NCBI RefSeq assembly: GCF_009914755.1
Contig: NC_060947.1
From: the human T2T-CHM13v2.0 reference genome, Homo sapiens
Reading direction: 5' to 3' (one strand)
DNA length: 64,000 nucleotides
The notes under the pieces are model-generated. The model ran no database searches. It was not told where the DNA came from and worked only from the letters and a program-made list of their open reading frames with translations. The position numbers and the translations under genes are program-made. This document shows, one piece after another, positions 61,886 through 64,000 of the stretch. The stretch's first letter is position 1. Each line of letters starts with the position of its first letter.

Positions 61886-62931
61886 ACATCTAATTTTCAA
61901 ATTTCTAAGCTATTAGAGAGTGAAATTTCAGAAAACTTCAAATAAAAATTTTGATAAAATTTCAGTATAGAAAATTATGCTAATACAAAGTTGTAATTAA
62001 TATTAAAATGCTTTTAAGCTGAAAGTCAGGAAACCCAGAGTTCAGATTTTTTCTCTCCTTAGGCATTAAGATAGTTTCTTCTCTATGGCTCAGGTTATCA
62101 ATCAGTAAAATGGGAATTATTTTATTCACCTATATCAATAGGAGATCAATATTTTTTACCCACTATTCAAAGTCAGTAAAAAATTAACTTGGAAACTTAG
62201 AAAAAATAGTTTTAAAAAACCACACTCTGTTTCTGTTTTCTGTTAACTTTTACTAAGAGTTTGTGCTTATAGACTAACACATAATTTAATTCAAGTATGC
62301 TTTCTTTCAGTCTAGTTACACAGAAATTTAATTTAAAAACAAAAGAGGTATCAGTGGAAACAGCTGAGCGCTAGTAAAAGTGCTTAAACCTGAGAAATTT
62401 TAGAAATTGCTTTAAGTGGTTCAATCTGGAGGTAAATGTCTTCAGTTCGGGAACTAGCATTTTAGTGTATCTACAGCAGTACTTGGTATAGCATTAGTGT
62501 GACAGGACTGCCAGGTTCCTAAATCTAGCACCTCCTATGTAGTTCTGTGGTTTTGTTCCTCCTTCCAGCTGCCTTGGGTTCAAATCAGAAGGTGTCTTAA
62601 AAGAGCTCAAATGTGGAACACACTATGCACCAGGTAAATTTAAATGGCTTTCATTACCCTCTGTTTGAGTGTTTGCCTTATATTCTTCATTAATTGAATA
62701 ACTTTGTAGTTGGCCAAGCACTTTTATGTTGATATTGTATTGGAGTACATGTAAATTACCCAACAGTTGCTGGGAGGTGAAGCAACCTGCCTGAAGCAAG
62801 GCTAGAATTGCAGCCCAAGGCATCTCCTGTAATTCCTTTGCCCTTTCCCCTGCATTGCCAGTGCCTCAGGGCAGCATCCAGTTCCTAATCTCCCTGAAAA
62901 GACAGAACTCCACTCTCTGAACTTTACATAT

Positions 62932-63240
62932 ATTTATTTTATTTTATTTTATTTTATTTTATTTTTCTGAGATGGAATCTTGCTCTGTTGCCCAGGCAAT
63001 GGCACGATCTCAGCTCACTGCAACCTCTGCCTCCTGGGCTGAAGTGATTCTCCTGCCTCAGCCTCCTGAGCAGCTGGGACTACAGGCACCCACCACCACA
63101 CATGGCTAATTTTGGTATTTTTAGTAGAGATGGGGTTTCACCATGTTGCCCAGGCTGGTCTCAAACTCCTGACCTTGTGATCTACACACCTCAGCCTCCC
63201 AAAGTGCTAGGACTAAAGGCATAAGCCACCATGCCTGGCC
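62932..63240 (-). mobile_element. AluS with (TTTTA)n tail
   Basis: Reverse-complement Alu with a small internal deletion; TSD acat(a/g)tatttatttt. Confidence 0.93.
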
Positions 63241-63293
63241 ACATGTATTTATTTTCTAACACCACAGTATCAGAGAAGTACTGTTATCTCAGT

Positions 63294-63658
63294 ACAGTAG
63301 TCCCCCTTTATTCATAGCAAGGGTTATGTTGCAAGACCCCTAGTGGATGCCTGGAACCGAGGATACTACTGAACCCTATGGATTCTGTTTTTTCAATTTA
63401 ATAACTGAGAAGGCCACTAAGCGACTTAGGGGCAGGGAGTGTATACAGGGTGGATCTGCTGGACAAAAGGATAGTTCTCCAGAGCACGGTAGAGCAGAAA
63501 CATTGTGAGATATCATCACGCTACTCAGAATGGCAAGTAATTAAAAATTTAGGAATTGTCTATTTTCTGGAATTTCCCACTTAATATTTTCAGAACTTGG
63601 TTAATCTCAGGTAACTGAAACCTCAGAAAGCGAAACAGTGCATAAAAGGGGATTACCA
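63294..63658. mobile_element. MER44-like (Tigger7-derived) MITE
   Basis: TA-flanked 'cagtagtccccctttat...' and degenerate inverted end '...cataaaaggggattacca'. Confidence 0.8.
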
Positions 63659-63923
63659 TAAATAAAAATAAATGTTATTTTTGTTTTAAATGTCTCTAAG
63701 TGATCTGCATCGAAACCTAAACTTTGAGGTAAGATTCTCTACCCAATCTTTAAGCCTGAATGGAATTTATTAAACTACTGAGCTCTTTTCTCCCACAATG
63801 AATAATTTACTCTTCAGCCAGGCATGCCTGTGAAATACTTAAGTGAAAGCTACACAAATGATCACAACAATAAAATTCTTATTAACTCACATATAAAACA
63901 TATTATGGTATTTGCAGCTAGGT

Positions 63924-63937
63924 GTTGCTATGGCAAC
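63924..63937. promoter_or_regulatory. RFX X-box motif
   Basis: GTTGCTATGGCAAC, one mismatch from the palindrome GTTGCCATGGCAAC; in unique sequence. Occupancy unknown. Confidence 0.6.
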
Positions 63938-64000
63938 AGTTAAAAAAATTTTTTTAAACATTTGTCACACTAAATGAAGTATGGGATGTACTTTTTTGTT

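Overview
AT-rich primate (most likely human, given a near-pristine AluYa5) non-coding DNA, either intronic or intergenic, dominated by interspersed repeats. It holds two long primate L1PA elements (one on each strand), older L1M/L1PB/L2/MIR fragments, about 18 Alu/FAM/FLAM copies, a two-LTR THE1 MaLR provirus, several solo LTRs and hAT/Tigger-derived DNA-transposon relics. I could not identify a host protein-coding gene, an RNA gene or a CpG island. Almost all ORF-track entries are decayed L1 ORF1/ORF2 pieces, Alu translations or chance ORFs. I see no evidence of a new multi-gene biological system. The most interesting signals are structural: one target site reused by an L1 and then an Alu (three TSD copies), a five-element nested and deleted stack at 2.8-13.6 kb, a fold-back/template-switch hairpin inside an L1, a young AluYa5 forming an inverted Alu pair, isolated CTCF and RFX motifs, and a few weak candidate exons. 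Subfamily names come from recognising consensus sequence by eye and need RepeatMasker/Dfam confirmation. Boundaries without a stated TSD are approximate.
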